DNA from: a virus | Taxonomy: Duplodnaviria > Heunggongvirae > Uroviricota > Caudoviricetes | Direction: 5' to 3' (one strand) | Length of the DNA stretch: 8,254 bases | Virus record (IMG/VR): IMGVR_UViG_2663763413_000004 | Part shown: in pieces, positions 1 to 6,122 of the stretch | How positions within the stretch are numbered: the stretch's first letter is position 1 | Layout of the letters: every line of letters starts with the position of its first letter | The notes under the pieces: generated by a model | Databases searched by the model: none | The model's input: only the letters and a program-made list of their open reading frames with translations | Told to the model about the DNA's origin: nothing | Position numbers and translations under genes: made by a program

Positions 1-83
1 ACTCAAACAGCCAGAAACCACGGCCACGCATCGTTGCCATTGAATGCGAGCAACGCTGCCATGAAAAAGCAAATCATGCTCAT
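1..83 (-). CDS. possible 5' fragment of a spanin-like gene downstream of the endolysin (unresolved)
   Basis: ATG at 83..81 overlaps the endolysin stop TGA (82..80) as ATGA and encodes a hydrophobic start ([14 protein letters not shown]...), but this frame stops after 26 codons (5..3). Another frame encodes ...CVAVVSGC (lipobox-like) with no canonical start. Does not match my recollection of Rz from DLP12; the window edge prevents resolution. Confidence 0.2.
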
Positions 84-584
84 TGTTGCCCCCACAAACA
101 GACTTCACGCTCAATCTCACGGCGAGTCATCAGCCCTTTCCATTGCTTACCGCCAGCGTATGTCCAGCGCCGTAGCTGATCACATGCGCCTTTGATATCG
201 CCCTGGTTTATTTTGCGAAGAAGCGTCGATGTTCTGAAATTGCCAGCGCCCACGTTGCACGTTGTAAACGAATGAGTAAAGAGCGCCGCGCGTTGTTTCC
301 GGTATATCGACTGTGATGTACGGGTTAATTTGTCTGGCGACAGTGGCAAGGTCTTTATTCAGGAGGGCTTTGCATTCTGCTTCGGTATACGTTTTACCGA
401 GCATGATGTCTTTTCCGGTGTGTCCGTGACATACAGTCCATACGCCAACGATATCTTTGTATGGTATGTAGCTGACACCTTCCAGGCCATCGTCACCACT
501 CGGACCAGTGATGAGCACAGACGCTATGGCAACAGCCCCACCACCAATAGCAGCAGCAATAGCCTTGCGTAATGATGGCGACAT
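80..584 (-). pseudogene. rrrD: SAR endolysin (phage-21 R / RrrD-type lysozyme), disrupted by a +7 frameshift
   Basis: ORF 180..584 gives the N-terminal 109 aa, including a Gly/Ala-rich signal-anchor-release segment ([20 protein letters not shown]), and ends ...[12 protein letters not shown] 80..349 resumes from residue 34 as [18 protein letters not shown]...CLWGQQ in another frame. Joining them gives 165 aa, the length I recall for RrrD. The break coincides with a perfect tandem 7-mer at 251..264. Start ATG 584..582 overlaps the holin stop (TAATG), with GAGG upstream. Confidence 0.85.
251..264. repeat. perfect 7-bp tandem duplication (cacgttg x2) causing the endolysin frameshift
   Basis: Plus strand reads gcc-cacgttg-cacgttg-taaacg. 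Removing one copy restores the coding strand TAC AAC GTG GGC GCT GGC (YNVGAG) and a continuous 165-aa endolysin. Confidence 0.9.
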
Positions 585-799
585 TATTCACCTCTCGCAG
601 CCTTACGCTTATCTTCTTTAATCTTGAAATAAAGGTTTGTCAGATACGTCAGCAAGCCAAATACCAGACTACCCAGCACACCTATTGCCGCCCACTGTGA
701 GGGCGTGACTTTATCGAGCAACTGTAAAAACCAGTACCCGGCACTACCTGCTGAGGTGCCATAGGCGACACCCGTTGTTAACTTATCCATGGATTTCAT
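584..799 (-). CDS. essD: class II pinholin (phage-21 S21 / EssD-type), intact
   Basis: 71 aa, [28 protein letters not shown]..., with the Met1-Lys-Ser-Met4 dual-start motif known for S21 and two hydrophobic segments. GAGGTGGGG lies upstream of the ATG; the stop overlaps the endolysin start. Confidence 0.88.
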
Positions 800-940
800 A
801 ACCCCACCTCGCAGACAAAGCGGGTGTAAATTAAGGGGATACTACGTATCGCAATAAAGGCAGAAACGTAACAGATTTGGAGTCAGTGAATAACTCAGGT
901 ATTGGGTTATCAGCTAATATCGAGACTCAAAAAATGGAAA

Positions 941-961
941 AACCCGCTCGACGGCGGGTTT
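941..961 (-). terminator. GC-rich hairpin with flanking A/T runs; intrinsic-terminator-like, stronger on the minus strand
   Basis: CCCGC (943..947) pairs with GCGGG (954..958). On the minus strand the stem is followed by TTTTTCCATTTTTT; on the plus strand only by TTTA. Lies ~145 bp upstream, in minus-strand sense, of the pinholin start. Confidence 0.5.
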
Positions 962-1005
962 AAGCTGTGTGACGAAGTAACCACTCTTAACAGCATAACC
1001 AATTT

Positions 1006-1019
1006 TTTACGTACGTAAA
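1006..1019. repeat. perfect 14-bp palindrome TTTACGTACGTAAA in the porin upstream region
   Basis: Read directly; the sequence equals its own reverse complement. About 370 bp upstream of the porin ATG in AT-rich DNA. Confidence 0.6.
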
Positions 1020-1388
1020 CTACTAAATGATATTTGTGAGAATGCCACCGAGTGTTCAAAACACCACCACAAATACATAAGAAAACTTCAACAAATAACC
1101 AATGAATAATTTCCGATGTTATTTTTAGTTTGTTTAAATTAAGCTAAAGAATTATAGAGCGCTTATAAATAAGTGCCATTAATATAAATTAGCTAATAGA
1201 TTTATTTTCGTTCAAACAAGAGCCATGAATAGGATTAGATAGAAAAGGTTCAGATAAAAATAGAGATCTACTTCACAAATTAAATGAGAAACTAAAACTT
1301 ACATCTTGAAATAATCGCATTGATTAGATGAATATTTATCGCGCAGTGACATCATTTTTTAATAATAGTTCAAAAAAAAGGGCGTACA
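1020..1388 (+). promoter_or_regulatory. AT-rich porin upstream region (promoter and 5' UTR presumed here)
   Basis: Long AT-rich tract of the kind seen upstream of classical porin genes; AGGG at 1379..1382 sits 6 nt before the ATG at 1389. No -35/-10 element can be assigned confidently by eye. Confidence 0.3.
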
Positions 1389-2501
1389 ATGAAAAAATTA
1401 ACAGTGGCAATTTCTGCTGTAGCTGCATCAGTACTGATGGCGATGTCTGCTCAGGCAGCTGAAATTTATAATAAAGACAGTAACAAGCTGGATCTATACG
1501 GGAAAGTTAATGCCAAGCACTACTTTTCCTCTAATGATGCAGATGATGGTGATACTACTTATGCCCGTCTTGGCTTCAAAGGTGAAACCCAAATCAACGA
1601 TCAACTGACTGGTTTCGGTCAGTGGGAATATGAATTCAAAGGCAACCGTGCTGAATCTCAAGGTTCTTCCAAAGACAAAACCCGTCTTGCATTTGCAGGC
1701 CTGAAATTTGGTGATTACGGCTCAATCGATTACGGCCGTAACTACGGTGTAGCATACGACATCGGTGCGTGGACTGACGTCCTGCCAGAATTCGGTGGTG
1801 ATACCTGGACCCAAACAGATGTGTTCATGACTGGTCGCACTACTGGTGTTGCAACTTATCGTAACAACGACTTCTTTGGTCTGGTCGATGGCCTGAACTT
1901 TGCTGCTCAGTATCAGGGTAAAAATGACCGCACTGACGTAACTGAAGCCAATGGTGATGGTTTCGGTTTCTCCACTACTTATGAGTATGAAGGATTCGGC
2001 GTGGGTGCAACCTATGCTAAATCAGATCGCACTGACGGTCAGGTCGCCTATGGTAAGAGCAAATTCAATGCCTCCGGCAAAAATGCGGAAGTATGGGCTG
2101 CAGGCCTGAAATATGATGCGAACAATATCTATCTGGCTACCACATATTCTGAAACTCAGAATATGGCTACCACATATTCTGAAACTCAGAATATGACCGT
2201 TTTTGGTAATAACCATATTGCAAACAAAGCACAAAACTTTGAAGCAGTAGCACAATATCAGTTTGACTTCGGTCTGCGACCATCTGTTGCTTACCTTCAG
2301 TCAAAAGGTAAAGACCTTGGTGTTCATGGTGACCGAGACTTAGTCAAGTATGTCGATGTCGGTGCTACTTACTACTTTAATAAAAACATGTCCACTTTTG
2401 TTGATTACAAAATCAACTTAATTGACGATAGTAAGTTTACCAAAACAGCTGGTATTGATACCGACGACATCGTCGCTGTAGGTCTGGTTTATCAGTTCTA
2501 A
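1389..2501 (+). CDS. nmpC: outer-membrane general porin, NmpC/OmpD/Lc family (prophage moron)
   Basis: 370 aa. Signal peptide [23 protein letters not shown] followed by AEIYNKD; conserved porin blocks ([49 protein letters not shown]) and the C-terminal VGLVYQF ending in Phe. Divergent from the lysis genes, as in DLP12. Symbol assigned from recall of the NmpC N-terminus. Confidence 0.9.
   Translation: MKKLTVAISAVAASVLMAMSAQAAEIYNKDSNKLDLYGKVNAKHYFSSNDADDGDTTYARLGFKGETQINDQLTGFGQWEYEFKGNRAESQGSSKDKTRLAFAGLKFGDYGSIDYGRNYGVAYDIGAWTDVLPEFGGDTWTQTDVFMTGRTTGVATYRNNDFFGLVDGLNFAAQYQGKNDRTDVTEANGDGFGFSTTYEYEGFGVGATYAKSDRTDGQVAYGKSKFNASGKNAEVWAAGLKYDANNIYLATTYSETQNMATTYSETQNMTVFGNNHIANKAQNFEAVAQYQFDFGLRPSVAYLQSKGKDLGVHGDRDLVKYVDVGATYYFNKNMSTFVDYKINLIDDSKFTKTAGIDTDDIVAVGLVYQF
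2135..2194 (+). repeat. perfect 30-bp in-frame tandem duplication inside the porin gene
   Basis: ggctaccacatattctgaaactcagaatat occurs at 2135..2164 and again, identically, at 2165..2194. It encodes the duplicated decapeptide [20 protein letters not shown]. Confidence 0.95.
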
Positions 2502-2520
2502 TCTGACTTACGAAAAAGAT

Positions 2521-2550
2521 ATGTTGCGGGAGGCTTTGCCTCCGCAACAT
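2521..2550 (-). terminator. 12-bp stem-loop; intrinsic terminator on the minus strand (tR'-like candidate downstream of Q)
   Basis: ATGTTGCGGGAGG / CCTCCGCAACAT with a 5-nt loop and one bulged G. On the minus strand it is followed by ATATCTTTTTCG; on the plus strand by ATAAGTGG, so no U-run there. Confidence 0.5.
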
Positions 2551-2689
2551 ATAAGTGGAGCCCTCAAGCCACTTCCTTTAGAAGCACTACCTTGCTTCTT
2601 ACTATATAAACCTTCTGTTATATATTACCCTTTATTTTGGGGGCGTTTCCACGCCCCATTTTTAATAACTTTTAGTAAACAATTGCATA
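2551..2689 (-). promoter_or_regulatory. candidate late promoter (PR') and Q-utilisation region downstream of Q
   Basis: In lambdoid phages PR' and qut lie immediately downstream of Q. This interval lies between the Q stop and a minus-strand terminator. No -35/-10 can be assigned confidently by eye. Confidence 0.3.
2639..2662 (+). terminator. intrinsic terminator for the porin transcript
   Basis: GGGGCGT / ACGCCCC stem (2640..2656) followed by ATTTTTAATAACTTTT on the plus strand. Confidence 0.6.
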
Positions 2690-3073
2690 TCAATTAGAAT
2701 TATTAGCAACGATATCCATATCTAACCGGATATCTAATGCCATTAACATCCCTTCAATTATGCCCTCAGCCTTCTGTAACCTTTTCCCGATATAACCATC
2801 CGAGCAGCAATGCTTACTTGCCAGTGACATGAATGTCATACCACATACATAATAATCTACTAATAAATCGTGTAAATCGCTGTTGTTCTTTTTCAGACGG
2901 GCCATGCACCCGCAAATGATCATCGCGTCATCGTCACAACATTGCGGGCGAGATTTTACTTTTGAAGGAATTAATCCCTTAAAACCGGCGGCAACGGACG
3001 ACCAGGTCACATCTTCATGATTATTAGCCGCCCACGCTCCCCAACGCTCAAGAACCATCTGAATATCACGCAT
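2690..3073 (-). CDS. quuD: late-gene antiterminator Q (phage 82 / QuuD type)
   Basis: [24 protein letters not shown]...[27 protein letters not shown]..., 127 aa from the ATG at 3073..3071, which has GGAG upstream. The ORF track extends it to 3088 ([10 protein letters not shown]); the shorter start matches the recalled QuuD length. Confidence 0.88.
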   Translation of the reverse strand: MRDIQMVLERWGAWAANNHEDVTWSSVAAGFKGLIPSKVKSRPQCCDDDAMIICGCMARLKKNNSDLHDLLVDYYVCGMTFMSLASKHCCSDGYIGKRLQKAEGIIEGMLMALDIRLDMDIVANNSN

Positions 3074-3158
3074 CAACTTACTCCACAAAAATCAGACCAG
3101 AACGCCAATTACAAGCAAAAATCAACAAAACAGTATTAGTTGATTGTTATCTCTGACT

Positions 3159-3299
3159 TCATACTCCTGCTCCTGTCAGGGTTTTGGCGTAATTCTTCAG
3201 TATTCGGTAATCGGTCAAAACAGAACCAGGAAAACGATATAAGCGCAGGCGCACCCAGCGGCGGCGAAGACGCTCTGCCATATAAGACTCAAACATCAT
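3159..3299 (-). CDS. ylcG: small nin-region protein YlcG (46 aa)
   Basis: Hand translation: [46 protein letters not shown]. Its ATG (3299..3297) overlaps the rusA stop as ATGA. Missing from the ORF track, presumably below its length cut-off. Identification from position and the recalled 46-aa length. Confidence 0.7.
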   Translation of the reverse strand: MMFESYMAERLRRRWVRLRLYRFPGSVLTDYRILKNYAKTLTGAGV

Positions 3300-3662
3300 T
3301 CATCTCCCAGTTCGGTGATGGTCAGCTCCAGCTTCCCACCTTTGGTAACGGGCATCTTCACAACACGGTAATCAACGACCTGAATATCATCCAGCCAGAA
3401 ACCTGCTTTGGTGAGTGCGTCAAAAGCGGCTTTTTGCAGATTATCCAGGTCACGGCGACGGCGATCCGGCATGTGGCACTCAATACGGATTTTCACTCAC
3501 TGGCATAGCCAAGCCGATATCCAGCATTGCGTTTTTAATGATTCGGGCGACGTTATCGCAGTATGCCTGCCCCTCTGCGCTGACGTGCGTGCGCCCACGA
3601 TTATGGCGGTAATAGCGATTATTGCTCGGAGGCCAAGGTAATGTGATGCTGTAGGTATTCAC
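3296..3662 (-). pseudogene. rusA: Holliday-junction resolvase RusA, disrupted by a +4 frameshift
   Basis: ORF 3480..3662 encodes residues 1-55 ([24 protein letters not shown]...LAMPV) and then stops. ORF 3296..3496 encodes the rest ([26 protein letters not shown]...ELGDE) in another frame. Together they give the 120 aa of RusA. GTG start at 3662..3660 overlaps the ybcO stop (GTGA). Confidence 0.85.
3494..3501. repeat. perfect 4-bp tandem duplication (cact x2 on plus; GTGA-GTGA on the coding strand) causing the rusA frameshift
   Basis: Coding strand reads CCA GTG AGT GAA AAT CCG TAT TGA. Deleting one 4-mer gives CCA GTG AAA ATC CGT ATT GAG TGC CAC (PVKIRIECH), the expected RusA sequence. Confidence 0.9.
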
Positions 3663-3949
3663 GCCTCAATAACCCCCTCTTTCAACCAGATAACCTGTGT
3701 TCTCGCCATACCTTCCAGCGCGCATTCTTTTGCATATCCAGCGTCAACAAAATGCGTGCGACGGTCGATTTCGTCGTGGCAGGCAGAACATGCAATGGTG
3801 GCAATCAGGTCTGGCGGTTTGATACCGGTACCGCACAATCCAGCCAGCCGGATATGTGCCAGTACTGACGTTTCAGGATTGCCATTACATACGCCAGGGA
3901 TTCTTACCTGGCATTCCCGACCACGCGCTGCTTTTCTCAAATCAGCCAT
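3659..3949 (-). CDS. ybcO: YbcO-family (DUF1364) putative nuclease, nin region
   Basis: [35 protein letters not shown]...[11 protein letters not shown]..., 96 aa from the ATG at 3949, which has AGGAGG upstream. The ORF track's longer 109-aa start overlaps ninE. Confidence 0.82.
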   Translation of the reverse strand: MADLRKAARGRECQVRIPGVCNGNPETSVLAHIRLAGLCGTGIKPPDLIATIACSACHDEIDRRTHFVDAGYAKECALEGMARTQVIWLKEGVIEA

Positions 3950-4112
3950 GATTCCTCCTTGCTGCCAGTCGCAACCATTTTTTATCAACCAGGCTGGCGG
4001 TATACCCGAGCAGTGTTGGTATTTCGGATGGCTTCAGCTCAGGTTTACGCTTACGACGATTTGGTACTTTGTAGATGTGTCCGTTCATGATACGAATAAG
4101 CGGTGTAGCCAT
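3942..4112 (-). CDS. ninE: NinE (56 aa)
   Basis: Hand translation: [56 protein letters not shown]. Its ATG overlaps the ybcN stop (TAATG) and its 3' end overlaps the ybcO start by 8 nt. Not in the ORF track. Confidence 0.78.
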   Translation of the reverse strand: MATPLIRIMNGHIYKVPNRRKRKPELKPSEIPTLLGYTASLVDKKWLRLAARRNHG

Positions 4113-4567
4113 TACGCCTCCTGCTTGTCGCGCAGCAGCTGGAACTCGCAGCGCTGCGGAATAGTCAGGTGGCAGCCAATATTCATCGCCCAGGCTTCAA
4201 CCTTACACAGGAAGACATACATCTCTCCGGTATCAAGATCGGAGGTATGGCGTAACGACTGGATAGTAGTGATTTCGCCGGTTACGACATCAACCAGGTC
4301 CTTGGTTTCATAACCGAGGTATGTGTGTTTGAGAGCATCTTTTACCCATGCTGCGGTAGCGAACGATTTCCCCCTGCTGATGAGGTATTCACTGATTTCG
4401 CTGTACCACATATGGCTGAGTGCATTCTGGGAAAGACTGCGTTTCTCACGCCACGGTTTAAGCACCATGCGAAAGCATTTTCCGTCCTCCAGATAAGGCT
4501 GGATCTGCTGGCCGAAAGCGGTGAAGTTGCCGCGATGCAATTTGATGCCATCTTGTGGGAGGTTCAC
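4112..4567 (-). CDS. ybcN: YbcN-family nin-region protein (151 aa)
   Basis: 151-aa ORF with a GTG start at 4567 preceded by GGAGGTG. Matches the recalled length and position of DLP12 ybcN between ylcH and ninE. Confidence 0.8.
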   Translation of the reverse strand: MNLPQDGIKLHRGNFTAFGQQIQPYLEDGKCFRMVLKPWREKRSLSQNALSHMWYSEISEYLISRGKSFATAAWVKDALKHTYLGYETKDLVDVVTGEITTIQSLRHTSDLDTGEMYVFLCKVEAWAMNIGCHLTIPQRCEFQLLRDKQEA

Positions 4568-4665
4568 GATTCACCTCCGCAGAGGCCAAACGCTGGATGC
4601 AAAAAATCGCAGGTGCATTTCTGCATCTGTGAATGGAGAAGATAGGTTGGATTGTATGTGCGCAT
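4564..4665 (-). CDS. ylcH: small protein YlcH-like (33 aa)
   Basis: Hand translation: [33 protein letters not shown]. Its stop overlaps the ybcN GTG (GTGA). Identified by position and the recalled 33-aa size only. Confidence 0.5.
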   Translation of the reverse strand: MRTYNPTYLLHSQMQKCTCDFLHPAFGLCGGES

Positions 4666-5050
4666 AAACGTCCCCGTTTAGCGCAGAAGTCACAGGAGTT
4701 GTTCAGGCTCCGGTGATACAATTATGGCGAATTGATTATTCATAATCAAACAAGATAAGGTCTCAAACTTCATGCAAGCCAAGATTTATTTCTGACAGAA
4801 TTATACAAAGAAGCTATTGGTCAGAATCTACTCGGACTGTAAAACATACGCATAACCTTAAGCTCTCACTTTAAGCATTGTTGAAATAATAGCCGTCAAG
4901 TACAACCTTAACCACGACTGGGATATTTCCCTAGCTACCACGAGTTGTACTGCTATTAAACTGCCGTTAAATTCAGTAAGAGAATTTCATCCGATAAGTC
5001 AAGGCATGTAAAACATAAAAATTAACAAGATATTATCATCTGCAACACTA

Positions 5051-6058
5051 TTGTATGGTATGTCAATGGCCATGTCGGTCGGGAGTTGTGCAACACCTGT
5101 CCAGACTAATTTTCCTGGTTACACCCCGGGTGCAGATATCATTAGTGTTTCACCCACCAGAAACCAGGTCGATCTCATTGGTGATGTTGTTTATTCCCAG
5201 ATAAAAGGAACTCGTTCTGTCAGACAGCTTCACATGTCAGTTCTTGTCCCGCGAACAAATGATTTAAAACCAGCCATTATTTATTATCCCGGCGGCGGAT
5301 TCATGTCTTCTGAACATGACAAATTTATTGAAATGAGAATGGCTCTGGCTGAAGCTGGTTTTGTTGTGGCCGCTGTAGAATACAGAACAATTCCTGATAC
5401 ATTTCCAGCACCAGTTGAGGATGGGAAAGCTGCAATACGTTACTTGAGAGAACATGCCAGCGATTATGGGATTGATCCTCAAAGAATCGGAGTTCTGGGT
5501 GACTCTGCCGGTGGATGGCTTGCCCAGATGATGGGAACTACAAATGGTGACAAAACCTTTAATAAAGGTGACTTTCTTCAGCAATCAGCAGATGTTCAGG
5601 CAGTTGCCACACTTTATGGGATTTCTGACTTGTTGAATATTGGCGAGGGGTTCCCTGAATCAGTGCAGGAGGTTCATCGATCTCCTGCCGTAACCGAAGC
5701 CTTAATGATCAATGGCCCTGCATTCAGAAGTTTTGCGGGAGCCCCCATAACAGCGTCAAAAGAAAAAGCGCTAAACGCCAGTCCAATCGGACATATGAAA
5801 GGAGTAAAACCCCCATTTCTTATTATGCATGGTAGCAAAGACACTCTGGTTTCACCTGAGCAAAGCGCCAAACTATTCAGGATGTTGAAGAAGAACGGCG
5901 ATAACGCTGAGTACGTTCTGGTAGAAGGGGCTGAGCATGGCGATAATACATGGTATCAGCCAATTATTATAAACAGAGTTGTTGAGTGGTTTACTAAAAA
6001 CCTGGGAACCCCCATAAAAACCGCTACCCAACAACAAAAAACAAACGCTGACCTGTAA
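5051..6058 (+). CDS. alpha/beta-hydrolase fold esterase/lipase (Abhydrolase_3 / HSL-like family); start uncertain
   Basis: Oxyanion-hole motif YYPGGGF, nucleophile elbow GDSAGG, YRTIPDTFPAPVEDG block, and candidate catalytic Asp (HGSKDTLV) and His (GAEHGD). The track start is TTG at 5051; ATGs follow at 5060, 5066 and 5072, none with a convincing Shine-Dalgarno. An in-frame ATG at 5006 is followed at once by TAA (see findings). Confidence 0.85.
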   Translation: MYGMSMAMSVGSCATPVQTNFPGYTPGADIISVSPTRNQVDLIGDVVYSQIKGTRSVRQLHMSVLVPRTNDLKPAIIYYPGGGFMSSEHDKFIEMRMALAEAGFVVAAVEYRTIPDTFPAPVEDGKAAIRYLREHASDYGIDPQRIGVLGDSAGGWLAQMMGTTNGDKTFNKGDFLQQSADVQAVATLYGISDLLNIGEGFPESVQEVHRSPAVTEALMINGPAFRSFAGAPITASKEKALNASPIGHMKGVKPPFLIMHGSKDTLVSPEQSAKLFRMLKKNGDNAEYVLVEGAEHGDNTWYQPIIINRVVEWFTKNLGTPIKTATQQQKTNADL

Positions 6059-6060
6059 AA

Positions 6061-6085
6061 AGCAGCCCGCACTTATGCGGGCTAA
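6061..6085. terminator. hairpin between the convergent esterase and recombinase genes; likely bidirectional terminator
   Basis: 8-bp stem AGCCCGCA / TGCGGGCT with loop CTTA. On the minus strand it is followed by a T-run (CTTTTTAC); on the plus strand by AACCTATTTC. Confidence 0.5.
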
Positions 6086-6095
6086 CCTATTTCAC

Positions 6096-6122
6096 TCGAT
6101 TCAAAAGAAATTATTTTTAATG
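6096..6122. repeat. direct repeat copy 1 (27 bp, 24/27 identical to copy 2; 15-bp perfect core aaattatttttaatg)
   Basis: tcgattcaaaagaaattatttttaatg, aligned by eye with 8169..8195. Lies between the recombinase stop and the convergent terminator. Confidence 0.45.

Larger units (their letters stand above)
2502..2662 (+). ncRNA. ipeX: porin 3' UTR up to its intrinsic terminator; candidate IpeX-like sRNA region
   Basis: From recall, IpeX was mapped to the untranslated stretch between the nmpC stop and its Rho-independent terminator in DLP12, and downstream of lc in PA-2. Here that interval is about 160 nt and contains a 12-bp stem (2521..2550) and a terminal hairpin with a U-run (2640..2662). 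Identity with IpeX is not verified. Confidence 0.35.

Noticed and set aside
330-572. 80-aa ORF on the plus strand
   Set aside because: Lies wholly antisense to the endolysin coding sequence, has no ribosome-binding site and a low-complexity product. Read as a shadow ORF.
2022-2255. 77-aa ORF on the minus strand inside the porin gene
   Set aside because: Antisense to a strongly supported porin gene. Its internal repeat (ILSFRICGS x2) is just the reverse-frame image of the 30-bp duplication.
3140-3641. Plus-strand ORFs 3140..3508, 3408..3641 and 3415..3612
   Set aside because: All are antisense to ylcG and rusA, overlap each other, and have Arg/Ser-rich low-complexity products.
3756-4313. 185-aa ORF on the plus strand
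   Set aside because: Spans the antisense of ybcO, ninE and ybcN, whose minus-strand frames are supported by coupling and recognisable products.
4325-4721. ORFs 4325..4645 (+), 4342..4551 (-) and 4458..4721 (-)
   Set aside because: Overlap ybcN and ylcH in alternative frames. The ybcN frame has a strong ribosome-binding site and coupled neighbours.
4838-5017. 11-bp direct repeat tgtaaaacata at 4838..4848 and 5007..5017
   Set aside because: Short and in AT-rich DNA, so chance is plausible. Noted only because the second copy overlaps the ATG-TAA pair.
5053-5062. Tandem gtatg-gtatg at the esterase start, considered as a fourth disruptive duplication
   Set aside because: Removing one copy does not yield a better start or restore the upstream signal-like frame. 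More likely incidental.
5264-5871. Minus-strand ORFs 5264..5584 and 5674..5871
   Set aside because: Antisense within the esterase gene, which carries clear catalytic motifs in the plus frame.
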